Below, piece by piece: positions 32,674-45,026 of a stretch of 64,000 nt of DNA; the first letter of the stretch is position 1, and each line of letters begins with the position of its first letter. The notes beneath the pieces were generated by a model, which was not told the origin of the DNA, did no database searches, and worked only from the letters and a program-made list of their open reading frames with translations. The DNA lies in the NCBI GenBank assembly GCA_965218695.1, contig OZ244651.1, positions 480,001-544,000 on the forward strand. Reading direction: 5' to 3'. Position numbers and translations under genes: made by a program. Source of the DNA: Nitrosopumilus sp. GTDB taxonomy: Archaea; Thermoproteota; Nitrososphaeria; Nitrososphaerales; Nitrosopumilaceae.

Positions 32674-32901
32674 ATGAAGAAAATGGGTGAACGGGAAGAC
32701 GCAACGCGCATTTTGAAAGAAGCCACTCCAAAAATGAACAAAGCCGTCTCAGAGCGCAATAAAAAAATGGACGAGGCTAGGCGCATCGGCATCAACGATT
32801 CAAGATACGAAGACTCGTGTGCACAAATATTGGTGTTCGACAACTTTATCAGAGATTTAGAAGTTAAAATAAACGCGGCACAGAAAATATTGGACAAATA
32901 A
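32674..32901 (+). CDS. Small helical hypothetical protein
   Basis: 75-aa ORF followed by a T-rich terminator-like tract. Confidence 0.5.
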   Translation: MKKMGEREDATRILKEATPKMNKAVSERNKKMDEARRIGINDSRYEDSCAQILVFDNFIRDLEVKINAAQKILDK

Positions 32902-33067
32902 CGAACGGGGGCGTCTTAGTTTTTTTTATTTTTACGACAAGGCACCGTTCTGCGACAATTAATCATTGGAAGATGGGAATTTTTCATTGCGCTAAAACCC
33001 ACATCCATGCATGTGTTGATGACTTCACAGAGCCAAACACGTCAAGAATAAGGGTAAATACCCATGG

Positions 33068-34423
33068 TCAGGCTTCAAGCAGCCTTACGTGGAACCCGTT
33101 GCCCTCAAGCGAAAGCAGACGCTTCTTGTATTTGGTAAATTCCTCGTAAGTCATGATGATGTCGTGCCTCTTGTTCTTCTGCTTGCTGTGCATCAGCCTG
33201 CCTGACAGTTGCATCTCCTCCTGGCGCGAGCCAAAATGGAAGTCAATCTCGATGATGCGGTCCAGATCCTCGATGTGCAGTCCTTCGGTGAACACGGATG
33301 ATGCAACGAACGAGTGGTTCTCGCGCATCACGTCCAGCCTGTAGTCGGTTTCCGCGTTGACGAACTCAAGTCCAAGCATACGGGCGGCATGCCGGCCGAC
33401 GTCGATGTGGTAGCTGTACACCATCGTTCGTTTCTCCGGGTCGTACAGGTCGCGCATCTTGTACATCTTGGCCCTGGCCGTCTTTACGATGTGCACGTTG
33501 ATCGGGTGGTACCCGGGGCCGTACTTGCGCATGTAGTTGGGCCAGTTGATGCTCTGCGGCCGTCCGGTCAGCGCAACTATCAGGTGGTTCCTGCCGTCCT
33601 CCCTGTACGGCGTGGCGTCCAGCCCCATGCGGTACTCGGTCTGGATGGTCGACAGCCTGGCAAACGTGGTCGCGGGAAGCCTCCTGCATTCGTCAAATAT
33701 CGTCACGCCAAACTGCCCGTCGTAGTCGCGGAACCCCTGGTACGTCGTGATGATCGTGTTGTCCAGAACTTCCGGAATGTGCGTCTCGATGTACTCGCGC
33801 CACTGGTCAAGCAGCGTCCTTTTGGGGCTTATGATCAGATTTTTCCGGCCGTCCACGCGGATCTTCTCCAGCGCCTTCATGCCGATAAACGACTTGCCGC
33901 TGCCGGTAGGGTGGAACACGCCGACTGCGCCGGACATCAAAAAGTTCCTCCAGGGAGCGGTCTGGTACGTGCGGAGCTTTATCTTGCTTTCTGTTTCGTT
34001 CAGGTGAGATTTTTTCACCGGTTTTGGCACGAACGGGACGTGCCCGCTCTGCAGTATCTGGTCTATGATGTGGTACTCGTGTCCCTTTGTTATCCTGGCG
34101 GCGTCGTCCTCCCAGTCCGTGACGAACCGATCCAGTTCTTTCTTGACGGCCTTTTTGTCATCCGGCTCAAACGTCACGGTGTTGCCGGTGACGGTGGCCT
34201 TGATTGGCTCCGGCATGTCGAACTTCGACAGGATCTCGTCGGGCACGTGCCCGAACAATATGGAATACTGGTTCACTTCGTACCTTAGCCACACGCCGTC
34301 GACCTCGTCCTTGAGCCACCCGACTTGGAACTGTGGGTAGAATTTTGGCACCATGATGTGTAACGTCTTGCGGCCTGCGGGATACATGAAATACGGATGC
34401 TTGTCGAATTTTTCGTACTCCTC
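33068..34423 (-). CDS. SF2 helicase (XPB/Rad25/ResIII-like), N-terminus cut by IS66
   Basis: LRTYQ, PTGSGKS, DEC, GLDATP and QLSGRLMH motifs; the first 15 codons of the track ORF (34424-34468) lie inside the IS66 end. Confidence 0.85.
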   Translation of the reverse strand, partial: EEYEKFDKHPYFMYPAGRKTLHIMVPKFYPQFQVGWLKDEVDGVWLRYEVNQYSILFGHVPDEILSKFDMPEPIKATVTGNTVTFEPDDKKAVKKELDRFVTDWEDDAARITKGHEYHIIDQILQSGHVPFVPKPVKKSHLNETESKIKLRTYQTAPWRNFLMSGAVGVFHPTGSGKSFIGMKALEKIRVDGRKNLIISPKRTLLDQWREYIETHIPEVLDNTIITTYQGFRDYDGQFGVTIFDECRRLPATTFARLSTIQTEYRMGLDATPYREDGRNHLIVALTGRPQSINWPNYMRKYGPGYHPINVHIVKTARAKMYKMRDLYDPEKRTMVYSYHIDVGRHAARMLGLEFVNAETDYRLDVMRENHSFVASSVFTEGLHIEDLDRIIEIDFHFGSRQEEMQLSGRLMHSKQKNKRHDIIMTYEEFTKYKKRLLSLEGNGFHVRLLEA

Positions 34424-35549
34424 GTAATTGTTTCGCTTTTTGAAGTAACCGGATGGCCTAGCGGACATCCATGGTACCGGGAATGAATCTAATAATTTCG
34501 TACTCGGGATGACAAAGTTAGGCCGTCACGATCCAAGTACGAGTGGGTGCCAGTCCCTTCGATCTTTGGAAATGAAGGAACCAGCACGCCGAACATGCTT
34601 GGAGGCGGAGGAATTTAAGGCAACGCACGAGCCCTCCTTGCCCTTACCACAAATCCCACCGGATGCAGGGGCGTGCATGAAATCAGGATGCAGGTGCTGC
34701 CGGTTCTGGTCAGGGGTGCTTGGTGACATGATCGGTTTGGCAGGCAAGATCCCGGAGGCTGCTGCTGCTGCTGCTGCCGAAGTTGCAGGCAGACCATGTA
34801 CCGGCTGCAAGGAGATCGAGGGCCTGCAGGCACTCGTCTCATCCCTCACAGGGGACAACAAGAGGTACGCCAAGGCCAACGGGGATCTTAACGCCAAGGC
34901 CAACGGGATCAACATCCCCACCGTGACCAAGAAAAAGGCAGGCCCAAGGAAGGCAGCCGGCAGGCCCAAGGGGCAAAAACCCACCATCAACTGCAGGCCA
35001 AAACGCGTCGACCGCGTCGAGGAGATTGACTGCAGGGAATGTCCCGACTGTGGCGACAGCGGCAATCTTTCGGACGTGACTGACAGGTACGACCGCGTCG
35101 TGACTGTCATGCGCGTCATGCTGGAAAACGTCAGGTACGTCATCAAGCGGCGCTGGTGCCGCGGGTGCAAAAAACAGGTCTCAGGGAGGGTTCCCGGCGC
35201 GGCAAAACACGCGCGCCGTTCATCAAACTTTGACGCGGCCATGACGTCCCTGAACATGAACGGTTTGTCGCATGCCAGGGCCGCAGAATTTGGCGGCGAC
35301 GCGTTGGGGCACGAAATCTCGCGCTCGTCTGCCTACCGCGGCAAGATCAGGCAGGCCGGGCGCATGGCACCGGAGCGTGATTCTGTAAGGAAGCGCGTGT
35401 CCGAGGCGCCGCACCTGAACGCAGACGAGTTCCACTGGCCGTTGGGCGGCAGGCGCGGCTACGGGACAGTGGCCCTGGCAAAAGACGCCTGCCTCGTGGA
35501 GGTAACCGGCTCGCGGGACATCAAGACGCTCTGCCAGACGCTCCCTGAC

Positions 35550-36784
35550 GGCGTTGTCCACCTTTTGATAATCCTGCTCTATTTCACACTATTTTTGGTT
35601 CATTTTGGCATCCCAAACCTGGACTCTGAAGGGGTTTCTGGTGTCGGCAGGCTTGCGGTTGGTCGTTTTTGAGCCGTTTTCATCTAGTGGTGCATGGCAT
35701 CCGCTGGAACCGGAAACCGGCATTCTGCCCCTACCGGGACCCCTATGCTATCAGGTTGTAGCAGATGCTTCGCAGGATTACCTGGAGCCTCTGCATGGGA
35801 AACGTCTTTGCGGCCACGACGGAACCGAACCTCTCCTTCATGGATGAGAACACGGACTCGACAAGACTGCGCTGGTGGTACACCTTCTCGAACCCTTCCC
35901 GATCCCGCCTGAACCAGCGGAGCATCTCTGCCCTGGGATTGAAGCCCTTTGCGGTGTGGTTCTTGCGGGGCCAGATCACCGGTTTTCTGCCGCTGTCGTA
36001 GATCATCTTGCAGTTTGCGTGCGCGTCATACGCCGAATCCAGCATGACGTGCCCGTCGCCGTCTGGCACGCCGGCAATCATCTTTCGGAATATCGGCGAG
36101 TCGTGGGCAAGTCCGGGCGTCACCATGCATGCGGCGATCCTTCCGTGCGGGGCTACCAGTATGTGCAGCTTGACGAACTGACGCCTGGGTATGATGCCCT
36201 TCTTGGCATCCTCCCAGTCGGCATAGACGTTGATTTAGAATCCGGTCGCGTCCCCGAGGAGCGGACCGTGAGCGTCACTCCCTGCCTGTCCCAGGATCAC
36301 TTCCATCAGAATCTTCTGCTTTTCTGCCAGCCTCTTGGCTGCCGCATGCAGGCACGATTTGGACGGAACGGCTTTTAAGCCGCAGACGTGCAGTGAACCT
36401 GGGTTTGCCTCGAGGTACGAGACGTGTTCCCGGTACGAGTTGCCGCGAAACTCCTTGTCCGCCAGGCAGACCAAGTAAGAGATCTCGCGCCGGTCCTTGT
36501 CGGACTTGGGCTTGCAGATCTCGTACAGGGTGGTGGTAAGGGCGAGGATTCCGATTGACACTCGTTTCCCCTCCCCACTCCTTCGCATCTCGTATTTTTT
36601 GCTGTAGCCTTTCGGGCGCACCCATTTCTTCTTGTCTTCCTTGTCTCTGTTCTTTGCTTTCCTCTTTTTTCTATTGGAATTCATTAATTGTGGGCAGGAT
36701 CGGTGATCCAAAACTTTTCGGATGTCTGACGCTAATGATCTTTAAGCGTAACGCTGCTTTTTTGAGGAAGATGTGGACAACGCC
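35550..36784 (-). mobile_element. IS5-family (IS903-like ends) element nested in IS66; transposase 36684-35743 has an in-frame TAA at 36235
   Basis: IR GGCGTTGTCCAC; 10-bp TSD GCTCCCTGAC; GDATG, KLH, DSAYD and YHQRSLVES motifs. Confidence 0.9.
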
Positions 36785-37452
36785 GCTCCCTGACTACAAG
36801 GGAACCATAACGCAGGACTCGTATCCCGGGTGGCTCCACGTGGGATCGTGCCGCCAGATGTGCGTGTGGCACCAGGAACGCCTGGTGCAAAAGGACGTCC
36901 TGGCCAACCCCAAAGGCGACGTTCCAAAGTTTCTGGACAGGCTGTCGGCAATCCACGATAAGATTTATCGCGCATCCCGAATCGAGGACGGGCACACGAG
37001 GATCGTCGCGGCCCACTGCATAGACGCGGAGCTGCGCGGGCTGATGAACGAACCGCTTGCAGGCGACGGGGACGGCACCATCGCCCGGCACAAGAAGAGG
37101 TACCCGCGGGAGGGATATTTCATGACCACCTGCCTGCACGTGGACGGCATCGAGCCTGACAACAACGCAGTGGAGAGGGTCAACCGGAGGTTCGTGGCCG
37201 TAAGGAGCGACGGGGGCGGAAACCGCTCCCAGACGGGCATGGATGCCAACTCGATCCTGTTCACGCTGCTGGCAACTGACAGGATCAACGGGAACAGTTT
37301 CTTTGATCATCTGGTCCGCTCGTCATCCGGAGACGGTTGAGGCATCATCTGACGGCACGCGTGGTGCATTACGGGAAAAAAGATTCCACGGCAGGGGAAA
37401 GGCTGCACCTGCTCCACTGCTGGGCAGGCCACTTCAAAAAGCGAAACTGTTA

Positions 37453-38752
37453 CAGTAGTCGGAAATTTACCCCTTAGGCAGGTCCCCCGACATCATACGG
37501 TTGACCCACAATCCTACATAATTCCAATGCAGCCATGGCCGCAGCATATGCGACAAGCGCCAGAGTCACCCGATCATAACTCGAATCCGCACGGTACTGC
37601 TCCACTGCCCACGTGTTGTACATGAACAGCGAGACGTAAAACATGATTGCCCTAAACGACGCATTGCGGCTTGTCGTCCTCGGACGCACCTGCTCTACCT
37701 GCTTGTATCCTGTCTCTATCCCCCACCTTCTCCTGTACTCCTCTGGAAGCGTCTCAATCTCGTCTAGCGCCCTGGCAGGGGAAAGGTTGGTGGCAAAGAC
37801 ATGGTATCTTTCCGTGGCATCGGCATCAGGATCGTCTATCTTTTTTGAGGGCGTGATTATCAACGTGAATGTAACAGACTGGCCTGCTGCGTTTCTGAGG
37901 GTGTACCGTGAGACTGCCCTGCGTGATTTATCGTGGTGCTCCCGTATCGCCCTCTTCATCCCCACGTTCTTGACTGCCGGCATCAGGAACTTGCGCCTTT
38001 GTTCGGATACAAGCCTGATTATCTCAGTCGAGTAAAACTCGCGGTCCATCAGCAGCAGCCGGGCCCGTATCCTGTAATCCCTGAGTTTTTGCATGAATTT
38101 ACGCACAAAATCGGCGTTGTCCACGCTGCGCGTGACCTGCATGCACTCCAAAATGGCCGGAACCTGCTCTGCTACCACGTGCATTGTCGCATAGCACTCG
38201 AACCTGCCTGTACCGCCCTTTGGTTTGGACCATATCAGGTGTGACATGTTGTCCTTGTCGTGCCTTGGTATCAGGTGCTTGTCTATTGCCACCAGTACGC
38301 CTCCCTTGTACCGGCACGTATTCTTGGCAAGCCTTGCGGTGCGTGTGAGCATGTCCCTGCAGAGTTCGTCTGCACCGTCTGATTCTAGCGAGTTTACCAT
38401 GTTGCGAAACCACTTGGGTGACGGCATCTTCTTTTTGGCATGCTTGAGCAGCCTGATTGCCTCCTCGGAGGCTATGTTGGATTCAGACATCTTCATCAGT
38501 ATGGCTGCAAACTCGCCCACCCCGTATTGGGCATTGTTCCCAGTAGGGAATCCTATGGGTGCAGACCACAGTATTCCTGACAAGGTATTAAGCATCCTTT
38601 CTCCGATCTTGTTACGGTGTACCTGCCCACCTTTTTGCGCAAACACTAGGGTGGGCAAGGACGCCGTAGATAATAGATCCGTATGCTCGAAAAATGTTAA
38701 CACGTCTGCGAACATCTGTTGGATGGCTTAGAGGGTAAATTTCCGACTACTG
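37453..38752 (-). mobile_element. ISH3-family element inserted in the IS66 right IR, transposase 37474-38715
   Basis: IR CAGTAGTCGGAAATTTACCC; 5-bp TSD TGTTA; AIDKH, MDREF and YRRRWGIETGY motifs. Confidence 0.95.
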
Positions 38753-38801
38753 TGTTACCACAGATACATAAATACCAGAAACAATTCTGACATATCAGAA
38801 G

Positions 38802-40577
38802 ATGAAGGTGTCGTTCTGTTTTGGATTCTTGTGTATTTTGACACTAGCGGCAGTCGTGTCAGGTCTGGAATCAACCATACCTGAGATAGTACATGAGAAT
38901 CAACATCAGTCACACATTCCTACGGCATATGCGCAATCGGACGCCACGGAATCTGTCCAGTATCCGTCCCCGTTACAGCAGTACACTGACGGGATTCCAT
39001 TGCACGAGATACAGTGCAATACGCCGAGAGAACTCTACGTGACAGGCTCCCAGATGCCCATCTGCCTGTACCCAGACACATACCAGATGTTGCTGGACCG
39101 TGGCGTAAGCCTTTCCATGCCGCCCACGCAAGAGTCCGTGATTCGAGCAGTGACAGAAGACACGATAGCCATGTATGACTCAGACCCAGATGGCGCGTTT
39201 GCAACCATCAACGCAATGATGTCCACTGATCCATCGTATCCATTTATTGTGGACTCTGATGGCGTCGTTGTGGCGCACGGATCAAACCCGGATCATGTCG
39301 GAGTCGACAGCAGGGCGATTTCGGCCACCAACAAGCCTGTTGAGGTGATTATCGCAGAACTTCAGAAAGGCAACGTATGGGTAGAGTATGCGTTCCACAA
39401 TCCTGCAACCGAGGCAGAACAATACAAGCGCTCCCTGATTGTATTGCATGACGGGTACGTCTTTGGCTCCGGATACTATGTCACACCAGAGTCGATAGTC
39501 CGGGGGGTGGTAGAGGATACAATCGCCATGTATGGCTCAGACCCAGACGGCGCGTTTGCAACCATTACTGCAATGATGGCGAATTATCCGTCGTATCCGT
39601 TTGTGATAGACTCGAATGGCATCGTTGTGGCGCACGGATCAAACCCGGATCATGTCGGAGTCGACAGCAGGGCGATTTCGGCCACCAACAAGCCTGCTGA
39701 TGTGGTTATCTCCGAGCTTGAGGAAGGCGAGATGTGGGTAGAGTATACGTTCACCAACCCTGCCACCGGAGCAGAACAGCACAAGCGCTCCCTGATTGTG
39801 CTGCATGACGGGTACATCTTTGGCTCTGGATACTATCCTATACTGGACAAGATGACTGGTGGTGCCATGACTTTGCTGGAATTGACTGCAGAAGAGACTG
39901 CGTGGCTGGAAGAGAATGACTCCATCCGTATATCATATGATCCTGGCTGGTTCCCGATAGAGTATGCTGACGAGTCAGGCAACCTTGCAGGTACGACGCT
40001 CCGATATGCTGCAGAATTTTCCAAGCTGACTGGAGCCAGCTTTGTAGGGATTCCCGCACCATCCAGCTGGAATGACGCTCTTGAAATGATGCGCAGTGAC
40101 AATGCAGATGTCATGTTTATGATAGTCAGCACTCCTGAAAGGCTCGATTACATGAGCTTTACGTCCTCCCACTACATCATAGAGGTGGGCATAATAACAC
40201 CTGACGACAGGCAGGCCACCTTGGCAGACGAGGATCTCCGGCTACTTACGATAAGCGGCTATGCCACAGAGGGATGGCTGGATGAGAACCATCCGGATGT
40301 TGAATACATCTCGGTGGGCAGCTTTGAGGAGGGATTCGAACTCATGAGGACAGGAGAGGCAAACGCATTTGCAGCCGTATGGCCTGTCATAGCACAACAT
40401 GCAGAGTCTGCCGGAATTGATTTGTACAATGCCGGTTCCACAGGATACCAATATGACCTGTTGATAGCATACGACAGTGACAAACCGCTTCTTGGCTCCA
40501 TCCTGCAAAAGACGCTGGATCAGATCCCCGCATCTCAGATAGAGCAGTGGTGGAATGATGCGCTGCCTGCCCAATAG
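38802..40577 (+). CDS. Secreted protein: two tandem Cache domains plus family-3 substrate-binding domain
   Basis: Signal peptide; SPLQQ..G..IQC motif; duplicated ~122-aa unit (YPF..D..G.VVAHG...WVEY.F.NPAT..EQ.KRS...HDGY.FGSGYY); LTAEETAWL...DPGWFPIEY SBP signature. Confidence 0.85.
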   Translation: MKVSFCFGFLCILTLAAVVSGLESTIPEIVHENQHQSHIPTAYAQSDATESVQYPSPLQQYTDGIPLHEIQCNTPRELYVTGSQMPICLYPDTYQMLLDRGVSLSMPPTQESVIRAVTEDTIAMYDSDPDGAFATINAMMSTDPSYPFIVDSDGVVVAHGSNPDHVGVDSRAISATNKPVEVIIAELQKGNVWVEYAFHNPATEAEQYKRSLIVLHDGYVFGSGYYVTPESIVRGVVEDTIAMYGSDPDGAFATITAMMANYPSYPFVIDSNGIVVAHGSNPDHVGVDSRAISATNKPADVVISELEEGEMWVEYTFTNPATGAEQHKRSLIVLHDGYIFGSGYYPILDKMTGGAMTLLELTAEETAWLEENDSIRISYDPGWFPIEYADESGNLAGTTLRYAAEFSKLTGASFVGIPAPSSWNDALEMMRSDNADVMFMIVSTPERLDYMSFTSSHYIIEVGIITPDDRQATLADEDLRLLTISGYATEGWLDENHPDVEYISVGSFEEGFELMRTGEANAFAAVWPVIAQHAESAGIDLYNAGSTGYQYDLLIAYDSDKPLLGSILQKTLDQIPASQIEQWWNDALPAQ

Positions 40578-40899
40578 TCCCTGAAACTGGCTCTAGAGTA
40601 GACTGCATGGCTGGAAGAGAATGACTCCGGCTCTGGTAAATTTTGGTGATCTCTAGCGTTCCCTGTTCAAAAGTGTGTTTTTTGGATCTTCTCCAGATTC
40701 GATCCCGCTCGCATTTCGTCACGGTGTTCAAAAGCGCGGTGCCTTCCGCAATGCTGTTCAAAAGTGGGCCAAGCCATACTTGGCATCTTGGTAGTAAATT
40801 TTCGTGATCCCAGTCAGTTCTCTTCTGGATCGTGCCCATGAGGATGGATTTCTTTGTCATTTTTTGTGGCTTGCCCCCATGCGTTTTTTGAGGCTTTTG

Positions 40900-42166
40900 G
40901 GCAACCTTGCCCTATTTCCTGATGCGCCCGAAAAACCCGTTATCCTCTTCTTTCATCTGCGCTTTCAATAGTGGCGATCAAAAGTTCCTGCAAAATAATT
41001 CGGCTTTTCTGTTAAGGAATTTGAACAAATCCAGATTGAATCTTGCAGTTCGATAATACTGGGAGACGGCACTGTGCATGTCCAAGAAGGTTTTGTAGTA
41101 TTCTGAGACAAGCAGGTTCCGTTTTCCTTGGTGCCAGCATTCTTCCACGGCGTTGAGATACGGCGAGCCTTTTGGCAGGTATATGATCTTGATGTTCTTG
41201 TTCTCGCGCAGCAGCGTCCGGACGGCTTTTGCGCGGTGCGGGGACGCCCTGTCCACCATGACGGCCACCTTCCCAAAATGCCTCTGCAGGGCCTTGAGGT
41301 ACGCAACAAATGTGGGCGCGTTAAACCCGCTGGCAGTCCTGAAGAACTGCCTGCCATCGGTCGTGACTGAACCGTACACGGCGATTCTTTTGTGGCTTCC
41401 AGTGTATGGCACGGTTATTGGCACCCCCACGGGGGACCAATACTTGCGACCCGATTTTACGTCGTGTATGAAGAACGCCTCGTCTTCCACGACTGGGACA
41501 AAATCGTCCTTTTCTAGGCGTGAAATTCTCTTTTTGAGGCGATATTGCCAGCTTTTACGGCCGTTTTGGTGGCCCTGTTGATGTGGATCCTTTGCGACCC
41601 CTTGGGAGACAGGCCGTATTTTTGCATGATTTTCCTGATGTTCGTTCTGTGCATCTTTGTTCCCGTTTCCCTGTGTATGACCTGCTGCAGTTCGGCAGGA
41701 GTGGTCTTGAACCGGTCCACTACCTTGTCCAGTATGCCGTCCATCGCTTCCGGCGAAATCTTGGGCGGCCTGCCGGATCTGGGAAGATCCCGGAGGCCTT
41801 CGAGGCCTCCTTCCTCGTATCTGCGCATCCAGCGGTATACCCACCGGTCAGCCTGCAAGAGAATGTCTGCGGCATCGCTTATGCTCATCTTGCGCACGTG
41901 TACCATGTGCACTGCAAGCATTCTGACACGCACCCTGCCGTCTTTTTCCTTTTTGTACGCCTTTTCGAGTTCTTCCTGTTTTGTTTCGTCCATGCTGCGT
42001 TCAAGGACCACGGATCTACATAGTTTTCGGGCAGAATTTGTCAAAACTTTTGCGCGTCACTAAAGTCTTCGTAGACTTTCTCAATGTCTTCGATTTTTTG
42101 CACCGATCTGGGATATTTGTTCAAGAGCTCCCTTTCACTGCCCGAGATTCCATAGATTAAAGCCAC
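40900..42166 (-). pseudogene. Hypothetical gene remnant split by IS630
   Basis: GTG start MALIYGISGSERELLNKYPRSVQKIEDIEKVYED continues in frame LKAQMKEEDNGFFGRIRK after IS removal, then a stop. Confidence 0.45.
40969..42062 (-). mobile_element. IS630-family element, transposase frameshifted (41993-41514 and to 40978)
   Basis: IR TAGTGGCGATCAAAAGT / ACTTTTGCGCGTCACTA; EDEA, VDRASPH and SPYLNAVEE motifs; flanked by AA instead of TA. Confidence 0.9.
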
Positions 42167-42222
42167 AATAACTAGTTATGAGCCTCATATAGTTAAAAAT
42201 ATTTGTAAAAATAAAAAAAATG

Positions 42223-43887
42223 GTAACTGTGTAGTTTTTTGATCAAATGCTGAATTCCATGTCTCCAAGAAACTATGTATTTTTTTGACATAGGACCAGA
42301 CCCTCGCGCAGGACCGTGCAAAAATCATCTCCCCTTGCCTTGCATGTCTGCTTGATGCTCATCAGTATGGCAATAGCGTCTGCGCCCTTCTTTGACCTGC
42401 TCCCGTTGCTGTTCTTGCGAAGGATGACGTACGGCCTGATGGCCCGCTCTGCCCGGTTGTTGTGGTATTCGACGCCGCCTGTCTCCAGAAACGCAAACAG
42501 GTGATCCCCCTCCCGCACCAGCCTCTTGCGCATCCTGTTGCAGTGCTTGCAGTCGCGGTCCTTTTCGAGCCTGCCTATCATGGACGCGATGCGACGGTCC
42601 AGCCTCTTCTTTGCGGCAAGCGCGTCTGCCCCTCCCGGAATGGCACCGTCGACGACGTGCGAGTCCCACAGTATCGCGCGCAGCGTCCTTGCGTGCCGAC
42701 GGTAGTCCTGGCCGGGATTCTTGTATTTCAGGGTGTCCTTGACGTCCCGGGCGTAATGCAGGTGGCACTTTTGGTGTTCGGATCCGATGACGTTCCACGC
42801 GGCCCACGAGTCAGACGTGACGCATCCCGGGTAGTCCTTGCCGAGCATCTTTTTTGGAACCTTCGAGTTCCTGCGGCGGTGCACCTCGTAGATTACGGCG
42901 TACCTTGTTACCACCGCCCACAGCCGATAGTTTGTGCCGTCGACGCGCCAGACGGGCTCGTCCCCGTTTATCGCAGGCGAGTTTCTTACATCCTCCTTGA
43001 TCTTCTCGTACAGCGGCCCGAGCTCCCGGGCCATCCTGCACACCATGCGGTTTATCGCAGATTCCGTGATTCTTGCCGAGTACATCATCATGACGATATT
43101 GCATATCCTGAGGTCTGACATGCCGTGCAGCCGGAGGATGGCCATCATTATCATAAAGTTGATCCCGTACCTGGAGTTTGGCAGTGCCGGCGGAGTCCTG
43201 CCGGACACGGTCCTCTTGCAGTTCCTGCAACGCCTTCTCTTTACTGTCACCCTGATGTGCCTTAGTTCCGTCTTGGCAGCCTCCCTTACGACCTTCGTGT
43301 ACGTGGACACGCATTCTGAGAGGTCGGAGCTGCCGCAGTTGCCGCACGTGTGCGGATCTGCCGTCTCCTCTGCGTCTATTCTTTCAGGACGCGCAAGGCC
43401 CGTGCGTTTGTGGTCACTTGGCTTGCCCTTGCCCTTGCCCTTGCCCTTTGCGCGGCGCTGGGTACTGCCGGTCTTTTTGTTCGGTTTTGCGCCGATGCTC
43501 CTTGCAACGGCAGCCGATATGATGCCCTTTGCCTCCTGCAACTCTGCCGTGAGATCCTGGATCTGTTTGAGGGCGGCAACGTAAGGATCAGCGAGTTTGG
43601 CCATCTGCCGGTCTTTTTCGGCCATCTGCCGGTCTTTTTCGGCCATCTGCCGGTCTTTTTCGGCCATCTGCTCTGCCATCACACCCACTTTTTCCTCCAG
43701 TTCTGCAATCCTTGACTCGGAATTATCATCAGACATATGCAAACCATGGGCAACAATGATCTAAAAATTAGGACGGAGAGAAAAACTCGATCAAGTGATC
43801 AAAAATAGTTTTAAAAAATTAGACAGACGCGGATTTTCTGATTGTAGATATGGAGTTCAACATTTGATCAAAAAACTACACAGATAC
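42223..43887 (-). mobile_element. IS66-family element, intact transposase 42273-43742
   Basis: IR GTAACTGTGTAGTTTTTTGATCAAATG / GTATCTGTGTAGTTTTTTGATCAAATG; QKCHLH and HNNRAERAIR motifs; no matching TSD. Confidence 0.93.
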
Positions 43888-44031
43888 AAAATTACCAGTA
43901 AGGAGGCCACAATTCCGGCAAAGAGTATGCGGCTCCCGTGCTGGCATGAGTGACTCATATACGTATATTGTTTTTATATGATATATATTTATTATAAATA
44001 CATAAATCAATTTTAATCGGCAATGCCACGC

Positions 44032-44520
44032 CTAAGGACCGCACGTGGCAGTCACGTTGGACAGCAGGATCTTGAACAGCTTGCCGCTCTCTGTCACCAA
44101 CCGTACCGCGTCTGCCACGGATTTGGTTCCGGTCGTAAAGTTTGCAATCTGTTCTGGCATGAACGGATCACCTTCCTTGCCGACAGACACACCGTAACTT
44201 TCAAGCGCAAAGTCGGAGCCAGGACACTCGCTGCCCTGGACGCCGTTAGTGCACAGCACCTCATCGTCTGCCAGGGCGGCAAATACCGTAATGCCCTGCA
44301 GCCCGATATTGACCACGGTTCCGCCTGCCGCGCCAGTCGCATTGTCGCTGCACAAGTACGTCACGGCTATCGACTGTCCGGACCTTATCCTTGACTGCTC
44401 GGCAAAGTCGTGGTAGCTCAGCGCCGCATCCCCGAGCCTCTCGGTGCCAAAAAACACCAGGGGAAACCCTATGGCCATCGAGACGGAAACGAGCATGATG
44501 AATGCCAGAATCTGGTTCAT
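44032..44520 (-). CDS. Archaeal type IV pilin-like protein
   Basis: N-terminal hydrophobic helix MNQILAFIMLVSVSMAIG, VVNIG and LVTESGKLF motifs typical of archaeal pilin-like proteins; no clear class III leader. Confidence 0.55.
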   Translation of the reverse strand: MNQILAFIMLVSVSMAIGFPLVFFGTERLGDAALSYHDFAEQSRIRSGQSIAVTYLCSDNATGAAGGTVVNIGLQGITVFAALADDEVLCTNGVQGSECPGSDFALESYGVSVGKEGDPFMPEQIANFTTGTKSVADAVRLVTESGKLFKILLSNVTATCGP

Positions 44521-44845
44521 GCAATGGAGCCTCGGTCTACGTTTAAGGGGGTGAATCCGGTTATAGCGATTCTACTATAACCTCCGGCAAAATTTTGCCC
44601 CATAATATCCATAACACGTTAGTTATTCATGGTTTTATAATGTTTATATATGATATATATGTAATATAAACATGAGCGATTCAACGGCCGAACAGAAGTC
44701 ATTCATTTCAAGGTTCGATTCGACATGTAGCGGGTGTAACAAGTCCTGGAAAGCCGGCGACGAGTTGTACAAAATCGGCGACCGCTGGTGCAAGGATCCA
44801 AATTGTGGTTCTGCACAGGCCGGAGCTGCCCCACAGACAGATGAG

Positions 44846-44998
44846 GCAACACCAGCAACACCAGCAACACCAGCAACACCAGCAACACCAGCAACACCAG
44901 CAACACCAGCAACACCAGCAACACCAGCAACACCAGCAACACCAGCAACACCAGCAACACCAGCAACACCAGCAACACCAGCAACACCAGCAACACCA
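44846..44998 (+). repeat. Perfect 9-bp tandem repeat (GCAACACCA) x17, encoding Ala-Thr-Pro
   Basis: Counted directly. Confidence 0.98.
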
Positions 44999-45026
44999 GC
45001 ACCAGCAACAACACAGCCTGCACCTA

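Larger units (their letters stand above)
34424..38758 (+). mobile_element. IS66-family element (different subfamily) with two nested IS; transposase about 34509-37340 split
   Basis: IR GTAATTGTTTCGCTTTTTGAAGT at 34424 and ACTTCAAAAAGCGAAACTGTTAC (split by ISH3); CPDCG, NADE and PDNNAVER motifs; frame QTLPDYKG restored on removing the nested IS5; no TSD. Confidence 0.88.

Noticed and set aside
36235-36237. Stop-codon read-through or recoding in the IS5 transposase
   Set aside because: The homolog at 58983-59951 has a sense codon here; a simple nonsense mutation is sufficient.
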